In this document: piece by piece, positions 1-9,901 of the stretch
Layout: each line of letters opens with the position of its first letter
How positions within the stretch are numbered: the stretch's first letter is position 1
NCBI GenBank assembly: GCA_041571435.1
Contig: JBFFUI010000002.1
Span: 32,001 to 96,000, forward strand
DNA from: Sulfurimonadaceae bacterium
GTDB lineage: Bacteria; Campylobacterota; Campylobacteria; Campylobacterales; Sulfurimonadaceae
Direction: 5' to 3'
DNA: 64,000 bases
Translations under genes and position numbers: made by a program
Notes under the pieces: model-generated
The model's database searches: none
What the model was told of the DNA's origin: nothing
Seen by the model: only the letters and a program-made list of their open reading frames with translations

Positions 1-1485
1 ACGGCTATGACCGCTCTTTTTATCTATATCTTTACCCGCCCGGTCAAAAACCAGACGATCTCGCCGAAAAGCTGGTTGACGACACTGTTGATCATCCTCC
101 TTCTCTTTTTGGGTATCAGAAGCAAGTTCAGCGGTAAATCGTTCGGTGTCTCTGACGCCTTTGCCGTCAACAAGGTGAGTTCAGGCAACCTTGCGCTCAA
201 CGGTTTTTTCTGTGTCTACCGCACCGCCAACAAAAAAGGGGCTAAACACGACCATCTGCCTTTAATGAAAGCCCTTGCCACGACAAAGGCAATCCTGACA
301 TCGGAGCGCAGCGCTTTCAGCGATCCGGAAGTGCCTATTGAACGGAAGTTCAGCGAACCTGCTGCCAAGCACTACAATGTGATCTTCATCCTGATCGAGT
401 CATGGGGTGCAGAGCACCTCGATAGCTACACCCACTACAAACCGCTGGGTGTCACCCCGTTTTTCAGTGAACTCTCGTCGAAAGGGATAAAGTTCACCAA
501 CTTCTATGCCAACGGTAACCGCTCTATTTACGGTCTGACAACCCTGCTGACCGGACTGCCTAAACCTGCCGGTTTCCAGCCTTTGGGCAACGGTCTTGAG
601 TTCTCCCATCTGAGCTACCTGGGCACGATCGTCAAGGCGAACGGCTACGACACGATGGCCATGCAGGGCTCAAGCAGACGTTCCTACCGAATCGACTCGG
701 TCATGAACCTCAGCGGGTTTGACCAATATTACGGCGCCTGCGACATCCCCGATGTCGAAGAGCTGGGAGAAGGACGTTCTCCTGCACCTCTTGGTACCTA
801 CGATTACAACCTTATGGACTATTTTCATAAAAAGGTCAACACCCTCAAAGAGCCCTTTTTCACCTTTGCTTTCACCTCCTCGACCCATACGGACTACCAC
901 CTTCCGGACAAGAAGTATGAGAAGTTCCCCCACGGGCTGAAAAGCTATAACGGTTTTATGAACGCCATGTACTATACGGACACTGTTTTGAAGCGTTTTA
1001 TGAATGAAGTCAAAGACGAGCCCTGGTTCGACAACACCATCTTTATCTTTACCGGCGATCATGGCTTTGGCAGTGCCTCGACCGGTGATGCCAAAAAGCT
1101 TAGAGAGGTCAGTACACCGATGCCAAGCATCGAACACAACCGTATTCCCCTGTTGATCTATGCACCTAAGGTCTTCAAACCTTATGTCAACACGACACTG
1201 GGTTCGCATGCAGACATCCTGCCGACGGTCATCGATATGCTCGGTCTCAAAAACAGCTACTCTTCCATGGGAAATTCTCTGCTGGATGATACGGTATCGG
1301 AACGTTTTGTCTATCTGCAGGCCGGCAATCTTATGGGACTGATCACCGATAAGGGGTACATAAAACACAACTACAAGAACATCGTCGAAGCCAACACGTC
1401 CGACCCCGAAACCCTGGAACGAAAACTGTTGAGCATCGATACCGTCGAGGGCACATTTCTGCAAGATAACAGGTGGGCCAAATAA
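1..1485 (+). CDS. LTA synthase/sulfatase-family membrane phosphotransferase (5' end probably outside the window)
   Basis: Frame is open from base 1. TM helix followed by an alkaline-phosphatase-superfamily domain with ILIESWG, TSSTH and FTGDHG metal motifs. Stop overlaps the waaF start (TAATG). Confidence 0.85.
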   Translation, partial: TAMTALFIYIFTRPVKNQTISPKSWLTTLLIILLLFLGIRSKFSGKSFGVSDAFAVNKVSSGNLALNGFFCVYRTANKKGAKHDHLPLMKALATTKAILTSERSAFSDPEVPIERKFSEPAAKHYNVIFILIESWGAEHLDSYTHYKPLGVTPFFSELSSKGIKFTNFYANGNRSIYGLTTLLTGLPKPAGFQPLGNGLEFSHLSYLGTIVKANGYDTMAMQGSSRRSYRIDSVMNLSGFDQYYGACDIPDVEELGEGRSPAPLGTYDYNLMDYFHKKVNTLKEPFFTFAFTSSTHTDYHLPDKKYEKFPHGLKSYNGFMNAMYYTDTVLKRFMNEVKDEPWFDNTIFIFTGDHGFGSASTGDAKKLREVSTPMPSIEHNRIPLLIYAPKVFKPYVNTTLGSHADILPTVIDMLGLKNSYSSMGNSLLDDTVSERFVYLQAGNLMGLITDKGYIKHNYKNIVEANTSDPETLERKLLSIDTVEGTFLQDNRWAK

Positions 1486-2471
1486 TGCAGCATCAACAGA
1501 ACGTCAAATCGATCCTGATCATTCTGCCCAACTGGCTCGGCGATGCAGTGATGGCGACCCCGGCCATCGAAGCCCTCTGCGAACACTACCCGTATGCGCA
1601 CCTGACACTTGTCGGCTCTTTTGTCTCCGTCGAAGCGCTGAAGCATCATCCCTTTTGTCATAGACACTATATCGATGAGACCAAAAAAGGCGGTTCTAGG
1701 TTACTGAACACCTACCGGTTCGCCAAGAAGATCGGCAAGCATGACATCGCACTCTCATTCCGCAATCAGCCTCACGCCTCACTGCTGTTGAAATGGAGCG
1801 GCTCTTCAACGACGATCGCAAGAGATTCCTGGCACGCCAAACTCCTGTTGACTCTACACCCTCAAGTGAAACAGGGGCATCTTGTGGAACAGTATGTCGG
1901 TCTGGTCGAGAGCCTTATCAAAGAGGAGATTGCAGAGATCTCTCCACTGCGACTCTTCATCAAAGCCCACCACTACGATAAAGCCACACTCGGTATAAAC
2001 CCCGGAGCGACATACGGTTCAGCCAAACGGTGGTACCCGGAGAAGTTTGCAAAAGTGGCGGCCCACTACGCCGGCGAATACAACATTGTCATCTTCGGCG
2101 GCCCGACGGAGACCGAGATGGCACAGTCCATCGAAGACGAACTCACGGCACTTGGCATCAACAATGTCACCAACATGGCCGGAAAGACCACGATAGAGGA
2201 GCTCTGCGCCTACATCGGCGGGCTCTCACTCTTCATCACCAACGACAGCGGCCCGATGCATGTCGCAGCAGCGTACCAGGTCCCCACTGTCAGCATCTTC
2301 GGCCCGACCCGTCACTTGGAGACTTCCCAGTGGAAAAACCGTAAAAGCAGAATCGTACGCCATGACCTTCCGTGCGCGCCCTGTATGAAGCGGGAGTGTC
2401 CGTTAAAACATCACGACTGTATGAAGAAGATTGAAGCGGATGAAGTGATCGATGCGATAGAAACACTCTAG
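1485..2471 (+). CDS. waaF: Lipopolysaccharide heptosyltransferase II (GT9)
   Basis: PNWLGDAVM, NPGATYGSAKRW and TNDSGPMHVAAA motifs; ATG at 1485; next to the ADP-heptose genes. Confidence 0.9.
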   Translation: MQHQQNVKSILIILPNWLGDAVMATPAIEALCEHYPYAHLTLVGSFVSVEALKHHPFCHRHYIDETKKGGSRLLNTYRFAKKIGKHDIALSFRNQPHASLLLKWSGSSTTIARDSWHAKLLLTLHPQVKQGHLVEQYVGLVESLIKEEIAEISPLRLFIKAHHYDKATLGINPGATYGSAKRWYPEKFAKVAAHYAGEYNIVIFGGPTETEMAQSIEDELTALGINNVTNMAGKTTIEELCAYIGGLSLFITNDSGPMHVAAAYQVPTVSIFGPTRHLETSQWKNRKSRIVRHDLPCAPCMKRECPLKHHDCMKKIEADEVIDAIETL

Positions 2472-2563
2472 AAGATTTCGAGTTTATATTTTGATTTTGA
2501 AAAGATGGCGAAGTGCCTCACCAACCCCTCTACATTTCAGGTTGGGTGCGAGATACGCTGAGG

Positions 2564-3169
2564 CTAGAATTTAAACTTGAATCCTACGAAGAAGCTTCGG
2601 TTGTAATAGCCTTTACTGTGAAAGTCCGTCGGTGTCTCAATACCTCGATATCCTGTCGTGAGACGGCCCCTCTCCATCAACTCGACATCAAAGTTTACCT
2701 GATACTCAGTATAGCCTGTCGATTTATCAAAGGCCAGTACCTCGGGCGCATAATAGAACTGTCCGCCGACATGTAGCGGGATCGCGATGTCTAAAGGGAG
2801 TGTATAATCAGATACAACACCTATCGGCATAGCAAAGATAGCTCGGTTATCCAGAGGCGTGTAAGCCAGCTTAATACCCATCCCCATCATCAGTCCCGGC
2901 GCAAACGTTGATGTCGATTGTACGACAAAGCCTAGCTCGCCCAGGGTGTTCGTATCCTGATCATTCGGTAGTCTTGCATGTGACTGATCGCCTTTCATCA
3001 CTCTAGCTTTAATGATAAAGCTGTCTGGTTCGATGGCGTTGTTAAGCTGGCCCATGTCGAGTCCGAGATGAAGATCCAGATCTTTATTGTTTAGATTGAG
3101 TTCAAACTCGTGCATCGCAAATACGTTTGACGATAACAGCAGTGTTCCTAACAACAGTTTTTTTAGCAT
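2564..3169 (-). CDS. YfaZ-like outer-membrane beta-barrel protein
   Basis: Signal peptide, alternating beta pattern, YYAPEVLAF motif, C-terminal FVGFKFKF. Confidence 0.7.
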   Translation of the reverse strand: MLKKLLLGTLLLSSNVFAMHEFELNLNNKDLDLHLGLDMGQLNNAIEPDSFIIKARVMKGDQSHARLPNDQDTNTLGELGFVVQSTSTFAPGLMMGMGIKLAYTPLDNRAIFAMPIGVVSDYTLPLDIAIPLHVGGQFYYAPEVLAFDKSTGYTEYQVNFDVELMERGRLTTGYRGIETPTDFHSKGYYNRSFFVGFKFKF

Positions 3170-4593
3170 GTTGACCCTTGTATTTTTTCTATGGTTTTCG
3201 TGGTGCTTTTGCCATCGACAAAATCGACCAGTTTAAGTACTTTTGAGAACTCGGTGCCTACGACACTCTTGCCCTCATAATCGCCGCCTTTGACCAGCAC
3301 ATCCGGTGCGATCATCTTGATCAGCTCATGCGGTGTATCATCACCGAACTTGACGACATAGTCAACAGCATCAAGTGCTGCCAGAATGTAGGCACGGTCA
3401 TCTTCAGTATTAACTGGACGGCTTGGGCCTTTAAGCTCGCGGACAGAGGCATCCGAGTTAAGTCCAACGATCAGAATATCGCCAAAGCTTTTGGCCTCTT
3501 GAAGGTACTTGACATGGCCCACATGTAAGATGTCAAAACAGCCGTTTGTAAAAACGACCCGCTGTCCATGTTCTTTCGCACGCTTGACAATACGGTCGAT
3601 CTCATCAAAACTCTTGATGTGTGCATCGGAACTGCTCTGGTGCAGTTTTGACTCATAGATCTCTATCTCATCGAGTGTGACTGTAGCCGAACCGATCTTC
3701 CCGACCACGACACCCGCTGCGAGGTTCGAGAACCGTGCCGTCTCTTCGATGCTCAATCCGGCGCTCAAGGCGAAAGCGATCGAAGCGATCACCGTATCAC
3801 CCGCACCCGTTACATCAAAGACCTCTTGTGCCACCGTCGGAAAACGCTTGACTTCGCCGTCATAAATGGCAATCCCGTCTTCCGAAAGGGTGATCATAGA
3901 ACGGTCCAGATCGCACTGCTCCTTCAGAGAGAGGAGCGCTTGCTCTAAAGAGGCATCATCTACGATGTCGATGTTCGTCGCCTCTGACGCCTCTTTTTTG
4001 TTGGGTGTCAGCATATGGGCGCCGCGGTATTTGCTGTAATCAGTCCCTTTCGGATCGACCAGCACTTTGATCTTCTTTTGCCTGGCAAGTTGGATAACAG
4101 CTTGCGACAACTCCTCAGAGACGACCCCTTTGCCGTAATCTGACAGGATGATCATGTCCGTCACAAAAAGATCTTTTTCTATCGCCTTGAGGATCTTCTC
4201 TACCGATGTCGACGAGATCGTCTCTTTGGACTCATTGTCGTAACGCAGTATCTGCTGGCTTGCAGCGATGACACGTGACTTTTTACTGGTCTTGCGCCCA
4301 GGCTGTGTGATCAGTCCTTCTGTCTTCACGCCAATAGACTTCAACATGATCGTCAGTTCTTTGGCGATCTCGTCGTCTCCGACGACACTGGCGACATTTA
4401 CCGTAGCGCCAAGCGAGATAAGGTTATTGACGACATTGCCCGCCCCGCCCAGGACAGCGGTCTCTTTGGCGATGTCGACAACCTGAACAGGCGCCTCCGG
4501 TGAAATACGTTCGGCATCACCCCAAAGGTAGTGGTCGATCATCAAGTCGCCTATGACCAGGATGTTTGGCTTGGCGTTTTTCAAAACCTGCAC
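3163..4593 (-). CDS. hldE: Bifunctional heptose-7-phosphate kinase / heptose-1-phosphate adenylyltransferase
   Basis: ERISPEAPV and DVTGAGDT (PfkB kinase) plus TNGCFDILHVGH (nucleotidyltransferase). Confidence 0.96.
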   Translation of the reverse strand: MQVLKNAKPNILVIGDLMIDHYLWGDAERISPEAPVQVVDIAKETAVLGGAGNVVNNLISLGATVNVASVVGDDEIAKELTIMLKSIGVKTEGLITQPGRKTSKKSRVIAASQQILRYDNESKETISSTSVEKILKAIEKDLFVTDMIILSDYGKGVVSEELSQAVIQLARQKKIKVLVDPKGTDYSKYRGAHMLTPNKKEASEATNIDIVDDASLEQALLSLKEQCDLDRSMITLSEDGIAIYDGEVKRFPTVAQEVFDVTGAGDTVIASIAFALSAGLSIEETARFSNLAAGVVVGKIGSATVTLDEIEIYESKLHQSSSDAHIKSFDEIDRIVKRAKEHGQRVVFTNGCFDILHVGHVKYLQEAKSFGDILIVGLNSDASVRELKGPSRPVNTEDDRAYILAALDAVDYVVKFGDDTPHELIKMIAPDVLVKGGDYEGKSVVGTEFSKVLKLVDFVDGKSTTKTIEKIQGSTC

Positions 4594-5600
4594 TATTTTA
4601 CCTCTTCTTCATACATGCGTTTGATCTCGGGAATGTACTGTTTGATACCCTCTTCAAACGAAAAGCGTGGTTCGTAGCCCAGCCCCTCTATCGTGCTCTC
4701 AATGTTGGCTTCGGTATGGAACTGATAACGACCGATATACGGGTTCGGTATATATTCGCACGTAAACGACGTGCCAAGCTCTTTTTGCAGGATATCGACC
4801 ATATCCTGGAACGAGCGGGCATTGCCCGTACCCACATTATAGATACCGCTCTCTCTTGGATGCATCGCCAGGATGTTTGCCTGAATGATGTCTTCTATAT
4901 AGATGAAGTCGCGAACGATCTTGTCAGAGCCTTCAAAGAGTCTTGGATTTTTACCTTGAAGCAGCTGATGACCGAACTGGATCACCATGGAAGAGGTCTT
5001 GTCCTTGAAGTATTCCCGCGGACCGTACACATTGAAATAACGAAGCCCTACAATACTGATGTTCGCTGTTTTCATCACATCTCGAGAAAGATGATCCATC
5101 ATCAGTTTTGAAAAACCGTAGACGTTTTGCGGCGCTTCGACACCAACCGTCTGCGGTGAAGGAGCGTCACCGTAGGTAGCACCCGACGATGCATAGATCA
5201 TGTTGGCATTTTGACGGATCGCCATTTCAAGAAGGTCTTTATAGGCGTTAAGATTCGTCTTGACCATCAGGTCCTGTTCCAGGGCCGTTGTATCGGAGAT
5301 GGCCGCTTCATGGAAGATATAGTCAAAATCGTAATCCGCTTCGAGTTTGGCAAGCAGTGCTTTGTCGTTGATGTCGCCGCTGATCACTTCCCCTCTGAAA
5401 CCGACCAGGTTTTTAAAGTGTCCAAAGCTTTTCAGATTCCCGTTGGAGAGGGTCTCGCCGGAACGAAAACTGTCCAGCACGACCACCTTTGCGTCGGGAT
5501 GATTCTCCTGGAAATAGAAGGCGAGGTTGGAACCGATAAAACCTGCTCCGCCCGTGATTAAAATCGTTTTGTTTTTTAGATCAGAATCGATATAGCGCAT
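4593..5600 (-). CDS. hldD: ADP-L-glycero-D-manno-heptose 6-epimerase
   Basis: GGAGFIGSN, YASSGATYG, YGFSK and RYFNVYGPRE motifs; coupled to hldE. Confidence 0.95.
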   Translation of the reverse strand: MRYIDSDLKNKTILITGGAGFIGSNLAFYFQENHPDAKVVVLDSFRSGETLSNGNLKSFGHFKNLVGFRGEVISGDINDKALLAKLEADYDFDYIFHEAAISDTTALEQDLMVKTNLNAYKDLLEMAIRQNANMIYASSGATYGDAPSPQTVGVEAPQNVYGFSKLMMDHLSRDVMKTANISIVGLRYFNVYGPREYFKDKTSSMVIQFGHQLLQGKNPRLFEGSDKIVRDFIYIEDIIQANILAMHPRESGIYNVGTGNARSFQDMVDILQKELGTSFTCEYIPNPYIGRYQFHTEANIESTIEGLGYEPRFSFEEGIKQYIPEIKRMYEEEVK

Positions 5601-5761
5601 TATCTCTCTTTATTTTGTTTTATGAAATCCGGCTAACGCAGATGCCTGTATATATGGGATAGATTATAACAAATAGAGGATTAATCCTCCAGCATGGCTT
5701 AGTGCAGATTAAGATTATAATGCTTATAATGCAAACCAAATTTTAACACGGAGATTCAAAC

Positions 5762-6058
5762 ATGAAAAAAATCGCATTAGCTCTACTAGTAGCAAGCGTA
5801 TCACTAATGGCAGCTGACGGTGCTGCAGCCTACAAAAAATGTGTAAGCTGTCATGGCGCAAACGCTGAGAAGAAAGCGCTTAACAAATCTGAAATCATCA
5901 ACACTTGGGATGCTGCTAAAATCGAAGCTTCTCTTCAAGGTTACAAAGCAGGTACTCTTAACGTTCACGGTATGGGTGCACTAATGAAAGGTCAAGTAGC
6001 TGCTTACGATGACGCTACTATTAAAGCTGTTTCAGAGTACATCACAACTCTTAAATAA
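5762..6058 (+). CDS. Periplasmic monoheme cytochrome c553
   Basis: Signal peptide, CVSCH heme motif, distal Met (GMGALMKGQ), GGAG RBS. Confidence 0.92.
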   Translation: MKKIALALLVASVSLMAADGAAAYKKCVSCHGANAEKKALNKSEIINTWDAAKIEASLQGYKAGTLNVHGMGALMKGQVAAYDDATIKAVSEYITTLK

Positions 6059-6071
6059 TTAAGTCCTTTTC

Positions 6072-6096
6072 TGGAGACTCCTTTTAGGGGTTTCCA
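6072..6096 (+). terminator. Stem-loop after cytochrome c553
   Basis: tggagactcct-ttt-aggggtttcca hairpin followed by a pyrimidine-rich tract. Confidence 0.6.
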
Positions 6097-6269
6097 CCTT
6101 CTTCTATCTCTATTTCAAACACTACTCATTGTAAACAAAACAATCTCTACTGAATATCTAAACAGACCCTTTTGCAAGGCGTGCTGCTTTCTTCTCGGCA
6201 TACGCAGAGAAAAACTAATAGGAGAAAGAGTAAAGACTGCAGGTATTGTTGGGTAGGTGTAAAGAGGTC

Positions 6270-6494
6270 TTACTCCGGACGATAGCCCTCTTTCTTCTTC
6301 TTTAATGCTTCTTTTTTGTTCTGCTGCTCCGCCGCAGCGTTGAGCTCTTCGTCACCGTCATACTGCACCTGGTTCAGAAACTTCTCTTTGTCGTCAAACT
6401 GTCCGGTCTTGATCGCCCACATAATGCCAAAAAGAGCCAAGGCACCCAAAAATACCGAGACGCCTAGCATTAATATAATGATTGAATCGTTCAT
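6270..6494 (-). CDS. ccoS: cbb3-type cytochrome oxidase maturation protein
   Basis: Single TM helix then WAIKTGQFDD (FixS/CcoS signature); ATG at 6494; follows ccoI. Confidence 0.9.
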   Translation of the reverse strand: MNDSIIILMLGVSVFLGALALFGIMWAIKTGQFDDKEKFLNQVQYDGDEELNAAAEQQNKKEALKKKKEGYRPE

Positions 6495-6508
6495 ACATGC
6501 CCTTTCGG

Positions 6509-8920
6509 CTAGCTTCGTTTCCACATAAACTTGATGCGCATCGAGTTACCGACAACGAGCAGTGAACTCACCGACATCGAAACAGCGGCAATCAGCGGAA
6601 TGATAAAGCCCGCCATCGCCAGTGGAATCGTCACCGCATTATACACCAAAGAGATGCCGAGGTTCTGTTTGACAAGCCGATAGGTCGTACGTCCAATCTT
6701 AAACGACTCTTCGAGAGAAGTCAGGGAGTCGTTCATCAACACCACATCGCTGACGTCAATCGCGATGTCACTGCCGTTGCCCATTGCAATACCGATCTCT
6801 GCCTGTGCGAGTGCCAGAATATCATTGACACCGTCGCCTGCCATCACGACACGGTGGCCATCGGACTGCATCTGTGCGATCAGGTTGGCTTTTTCCTGCG
6901 GTGTCAGTTCGGCATGGTAATGCTCTATGCCCACCTCATCAGCAATACGTTTTGCGACACCTTCATGATCGCCTGTGAGCATCACAATGTCGATTCCGGC
7001 GTGTTGAAGCGAACGGATCACATCGGCAGCATCGCTCTTGGCACGGTCAGCAAGTTCAAATCGTGCGATCAACCGCTCCCCGACTGCAAAATAGAAGAGC
7101 GTGTGGCTGCTGTCATGGTGAACAGAGATACCCTGCTCCTGCATCAACAGTGCATTGCCTCCGATCAGCATCTCTTGATCACACCGTGCGACCATCCCTT
7201 TGGCCGGAAGCTGTTGCAACTCGTCCAGGGCCGGAAGCATCTGTTCTGCATCGTCCGTCAAATATTCAGACACGCCGAGAGAGACAGGGTGCTTTGAGGC
7301 ATTCAACAGTGCCAGCAGTTTGGTCCTATATGCTCTTCTTTCATCGTCATCATCAAACCATTCGGCATGCTGTACCTGCGGTCTGCCCTCAGTGATCGTA
7401 CCTGTCTTGTCCAGCACCAGCGTGTCTATCTTCGCCAAGGTCTCCAGGTGAAGCGCCTCTTTGAAAAGAATACCGCGCTTAGCCCCTTGGCCAAGACCGA
7501 CCATCGTAGCGACCGGCGTTGCCAGAGCCAACGCACACGGACAGGCGATAATGATGACCGAGATCCCCACCATAAAGGCGGTCTCAAAACTGTGCGGCCA
7601 GATCCACCAGACCGCAAAGGTAGCAAACGCCAGCAGTAAAATAACCGTTGAAAAATACTCGGAGAGACGGTTCGCCACCTGTTCAATGCGCGGTTTTTTT
7701 GCCAGGGAGCGTTCCAGCATCGTCAAGATGTTCGCCAAGGTGGAGTGTTCAAAATCTTTGGTCGCTCTATAGGTCACAACCGCATCGATACTGGTGGTCC
7801 CGCTGACGACATGATCGCCGACGTTTTTATAGATCGGTTCGCTCTCCCCGTTCAGGCTGGACTCGTCAAAACTGCCCGCACCATCAATAATCTCGCCGTC
7901 AATACCCGCTTTTTCCCCGGCTTTAAGAAGCAATATATCACCGACAATGACTTCGTTCACGCTCACATTGTGCTGTTCACCCTCTTTTAAGAGCGTCACC
8001 TCACTCGGAATATGTTTGGAGAGAACATCCAGGGTGTCCGCGGCACTCTTTTTGCTGAGCACCTCCAAGAACTTCCCCAAGAGCACAAAGGTGATGATCA
8101 TTGCCACCGAATCGAAATAGGCTTCGCCCAACTCGAAGAGCGTAATATAGATAGAGTAGAGGTAGGTCAGCGACGCACCCGTCGCGACCAGGATGTCCAT
8201 GTTGACCGTTTTGGTCTTCAGCCCGTAATAGGCCCCGCGAAAGAAGATCCAGCCGCTGTAGAACAGTACCGGCGTTGACAAGAGCCACTCGGCGACGTTG
8301 AGGATGTTCTTGATGCTTTGATCCATCCCAGTAAAGAATCCGGCATACTGTGCCACCGCCACCGTCATAATATTCATCATCGCAAAGGCCGCTACCGCAA
8401 TACGGAGATAGTAGTCTTTGCGCTCTTTCTCGGCACGGGCTTCCTGGATATCCGGATCATAAGGAAAGGCGTCATAACCGATAGCGCGGATCATATCAAT
8501 GATCTTCGAGAGTTTGACTACCCCATCATCCCATATAATGCGCGCTTTGTTGTTGGTATGGTTGATGAAGACCTCTACGACACCCTCCATCTTATGGAGT
8601 GCCTTCTCGTTAAGCCAGACACAGGCCGAACAATGAATGCCCTCAATAATAAGCGAGACCTCGTTAAACCCTTCGCTGTCAACGATGACATAGCGGTCGT
8701 AAAAAGCCGGTGAGTTAAAATTGTTGCTGTCTTGATACTGTTCCGTCGGTGGTGCCAACTGCTCGTCACCGAGTTTGTCATAAAAACTCTCCAGACCTTC
8801 ATCTTTAAGCAGATGGTAGATCCCCTGACACCCCTTGCAGCAAAAATTAAGCTCCCCCTCTTTGATCATAACCGATTCATCAAACTGAAGATGGCAGTGA
8901 CTGCACGCGACGTTAGACAA
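6509..8920 (-). CDS. ccoI: Cu-translocating P1B ATPase of the CcoI/FixI type
   Basis: N-terminal CSHC...CCKGC, HMA motif CSAC, CPC, DKTGT, GDGVND. Likely TTG start at 8920 (ORF open to 8962). Confidence 0.9.
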   Translation of the reverse strand: MSNVACSHCHLQFDESVMIKEGELNFCCKGCQGIYHLLKDEGLESFYDKLGDEQLAPPTEQYQDSNNFNSPAFYDRYVIVDSEGFNEVSLIIEGIHCSACVWLNEKALHKMEGVVEVFINHTNNKARIIWDDGVVKLSKIIDMIRAIGYDAFPYDPDIQEARAEKERKDYYLRIAVAAFAMMNIMTVAVAQYAGFFTGMDQSIKNILNVAEWLLSTPVLFYSGWIFFRGAYYGLKTKTVNMDILVATGASLTYLYSIYITLFELGEAYFDSVAMIITFVLLGKFLEVLSKKSAADTLDVLSKHIPSEVTLLKEGEQHNVSVNEVIVGDILLLKAGEKAGIDGEIIDGAGSFDESSLNGESEPIYKNVGDHVVSGTTSIDAVVTYRATKDFEHSTLANILTMLERSLAKKPRIEQVANRLSEYFSTVILLLAFATFAVWWIWPHSFETAFMVGISVIIIACPCALALATPVATMVGLGQGAKRGILFKEALHLETLAKIDTLVLDKTGTITEGRPQVQHAEWFDDDDERRAYRTKLLALLNASKHPVSLGVSEYLTDDAEQMLPALDELQQLPAKGMVARCDQEMLIGGNALLMQEQGISVHHDSSHTLFYFAVGERLIARFELADRAKSDAADVIRSLQHAGIDIVMLTGDHEGVAKRIADEVGIEHYHAELTPQEKANLIAQMQSDGHRVVMAGDGVNDILALAQAEIGIAMGNGSDIAIDVSDVVLMNDSLTSLEESFKIGRTTYRLVKQNLGISLVYNAVTIPLAMAGFIIPLIAAVSMSVSSLLVVGNSMRIKFMWKRS

Positions 8921-9395
8921 TCTCGAACCTTCCTGCTTCTCTGTTTTTGACGATTCTGTCATACGGAGCGATAATACCGCTCATACAGATATAGACACCT
9001 GCAGCCGGCTGTGTCGCAGCAAAACCCAATGCCATGCCGAGGTTGACGCTTGCCTCACTTTTGTCAATAAAGAACGGGGTCATGGCACCGACCAGAACGA
9101 TGACCCTGTCGGGCAGATATTCCGCCAGCTGTTCCGCAGTCAGATGCATGGTATCCGTTCCATGTACGATCACGAAAACATCTTCATCATCGGCTGAAAG
9201 GATCGCAGTCAGCTGGTCACGGTCGATCTGTTCCATCTCCAGCGAGTCTTTATAGAGCATTCCTGCGATATCAACGTCATACGAGAAACCTTTCACGATC
9301 TCTTCGATCGCCAGATTATCAAACGGGACCTCTAACTCGCCGGTGATTGTGTTGTAACGTTTGTTAAATGTACCGCCAGTGTTCATTATCTTCAT
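8913..9395 (-). CDS. Short asparaginase-domain protein
   Basis: NTGGT and HGTDTM catalytic motifs; only 160 aa (N-terminal domain). Confidence 0.8.
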   Translation of the reverse strand: MKIMNTGGTFNKRYNTITGELEVPFDNLAIEEIVKGFSYDVDIAGMLYKDSLEMEQIDRDQLTAILSADDEDVFVIVHGTDTMHLTAEQLAEYLPDRVIVLVGAMTPFFIDKSEASVNLGMALGFAATQPAAGVYICMSGIIAPYDRIVKNREAGRFEIV

Positions 9396-9898
9396 AGTAA
9401 CTCTTTCAATGATCTTATGATCTTGGTCGCTTCGCTTGTGGTCGCATCCGGTGAAAAAAGATAACTCTCTTTAACACCAGCCTTGTGTGCAGCGATGATG
9501 TCACGTTCACTGTCACCCACAAGCAGAGAGTGGTTTAGATCAATGTCATGTTTTTTAGCTGCTTCGAGCAACATGCCCGGCTCTGGCTTTCGGCAGTTGC
9601 ATGTTCCGGAGATATCCGGATGATGCGGACAGTAATAGACATCAGCTACCGTTATCCCGTTTTTGCCGAAGGTCTCAACCATCCAAGCCGTCAATCGTGC
9701 AAAATCATCTTCACTGTAGTAACCTCGTGCAATACCGGACTGGTTGGTCACGACAACAATCAGATACCCAAGGTCCTGATATTTCTTGCACAGCTCGAAA
9801 ATACCGTCGATGAACTCAAAATCCCCGACCTTATGAAGGTAGTTCTTTTCAATATTCACTACCCCGTCACGATCAAGAAAAAGCGCAGGTCTACTCAC
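9392..9898 (-). CDS. gmhB: D,D-heptose 1,7-bisphosphate phosphatase
   Basis: FLDRDGV, TNQSGIARG and CPHHP...CNCRKP motifs. Confidence 0.94.
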   Translation of the reverse strand: MSRPALFLDRDGVVNIEKNYLHKVGDFEFIDGIFELCKKYQDLGYLIVVVTNQSGIARGYYSEDDFARLTAWMVETFGKNGITVADVYYCPHHPDISGTCNCRKPEPGMLLEAAKKHDIDLNHSLLVGDSERDIIAAHKAGVKESYLFSPDATTSEATKIIRSLKELL

Positions 9899-9901
9899 TG
9901 A

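Noticed and set aside
6165-6210. Minus-strand GAAGAAAGCAGCAC resembling the SRP RNA core
   Set aside because: Could not build the SRP helix-8 hairpin or a long flanking stem.
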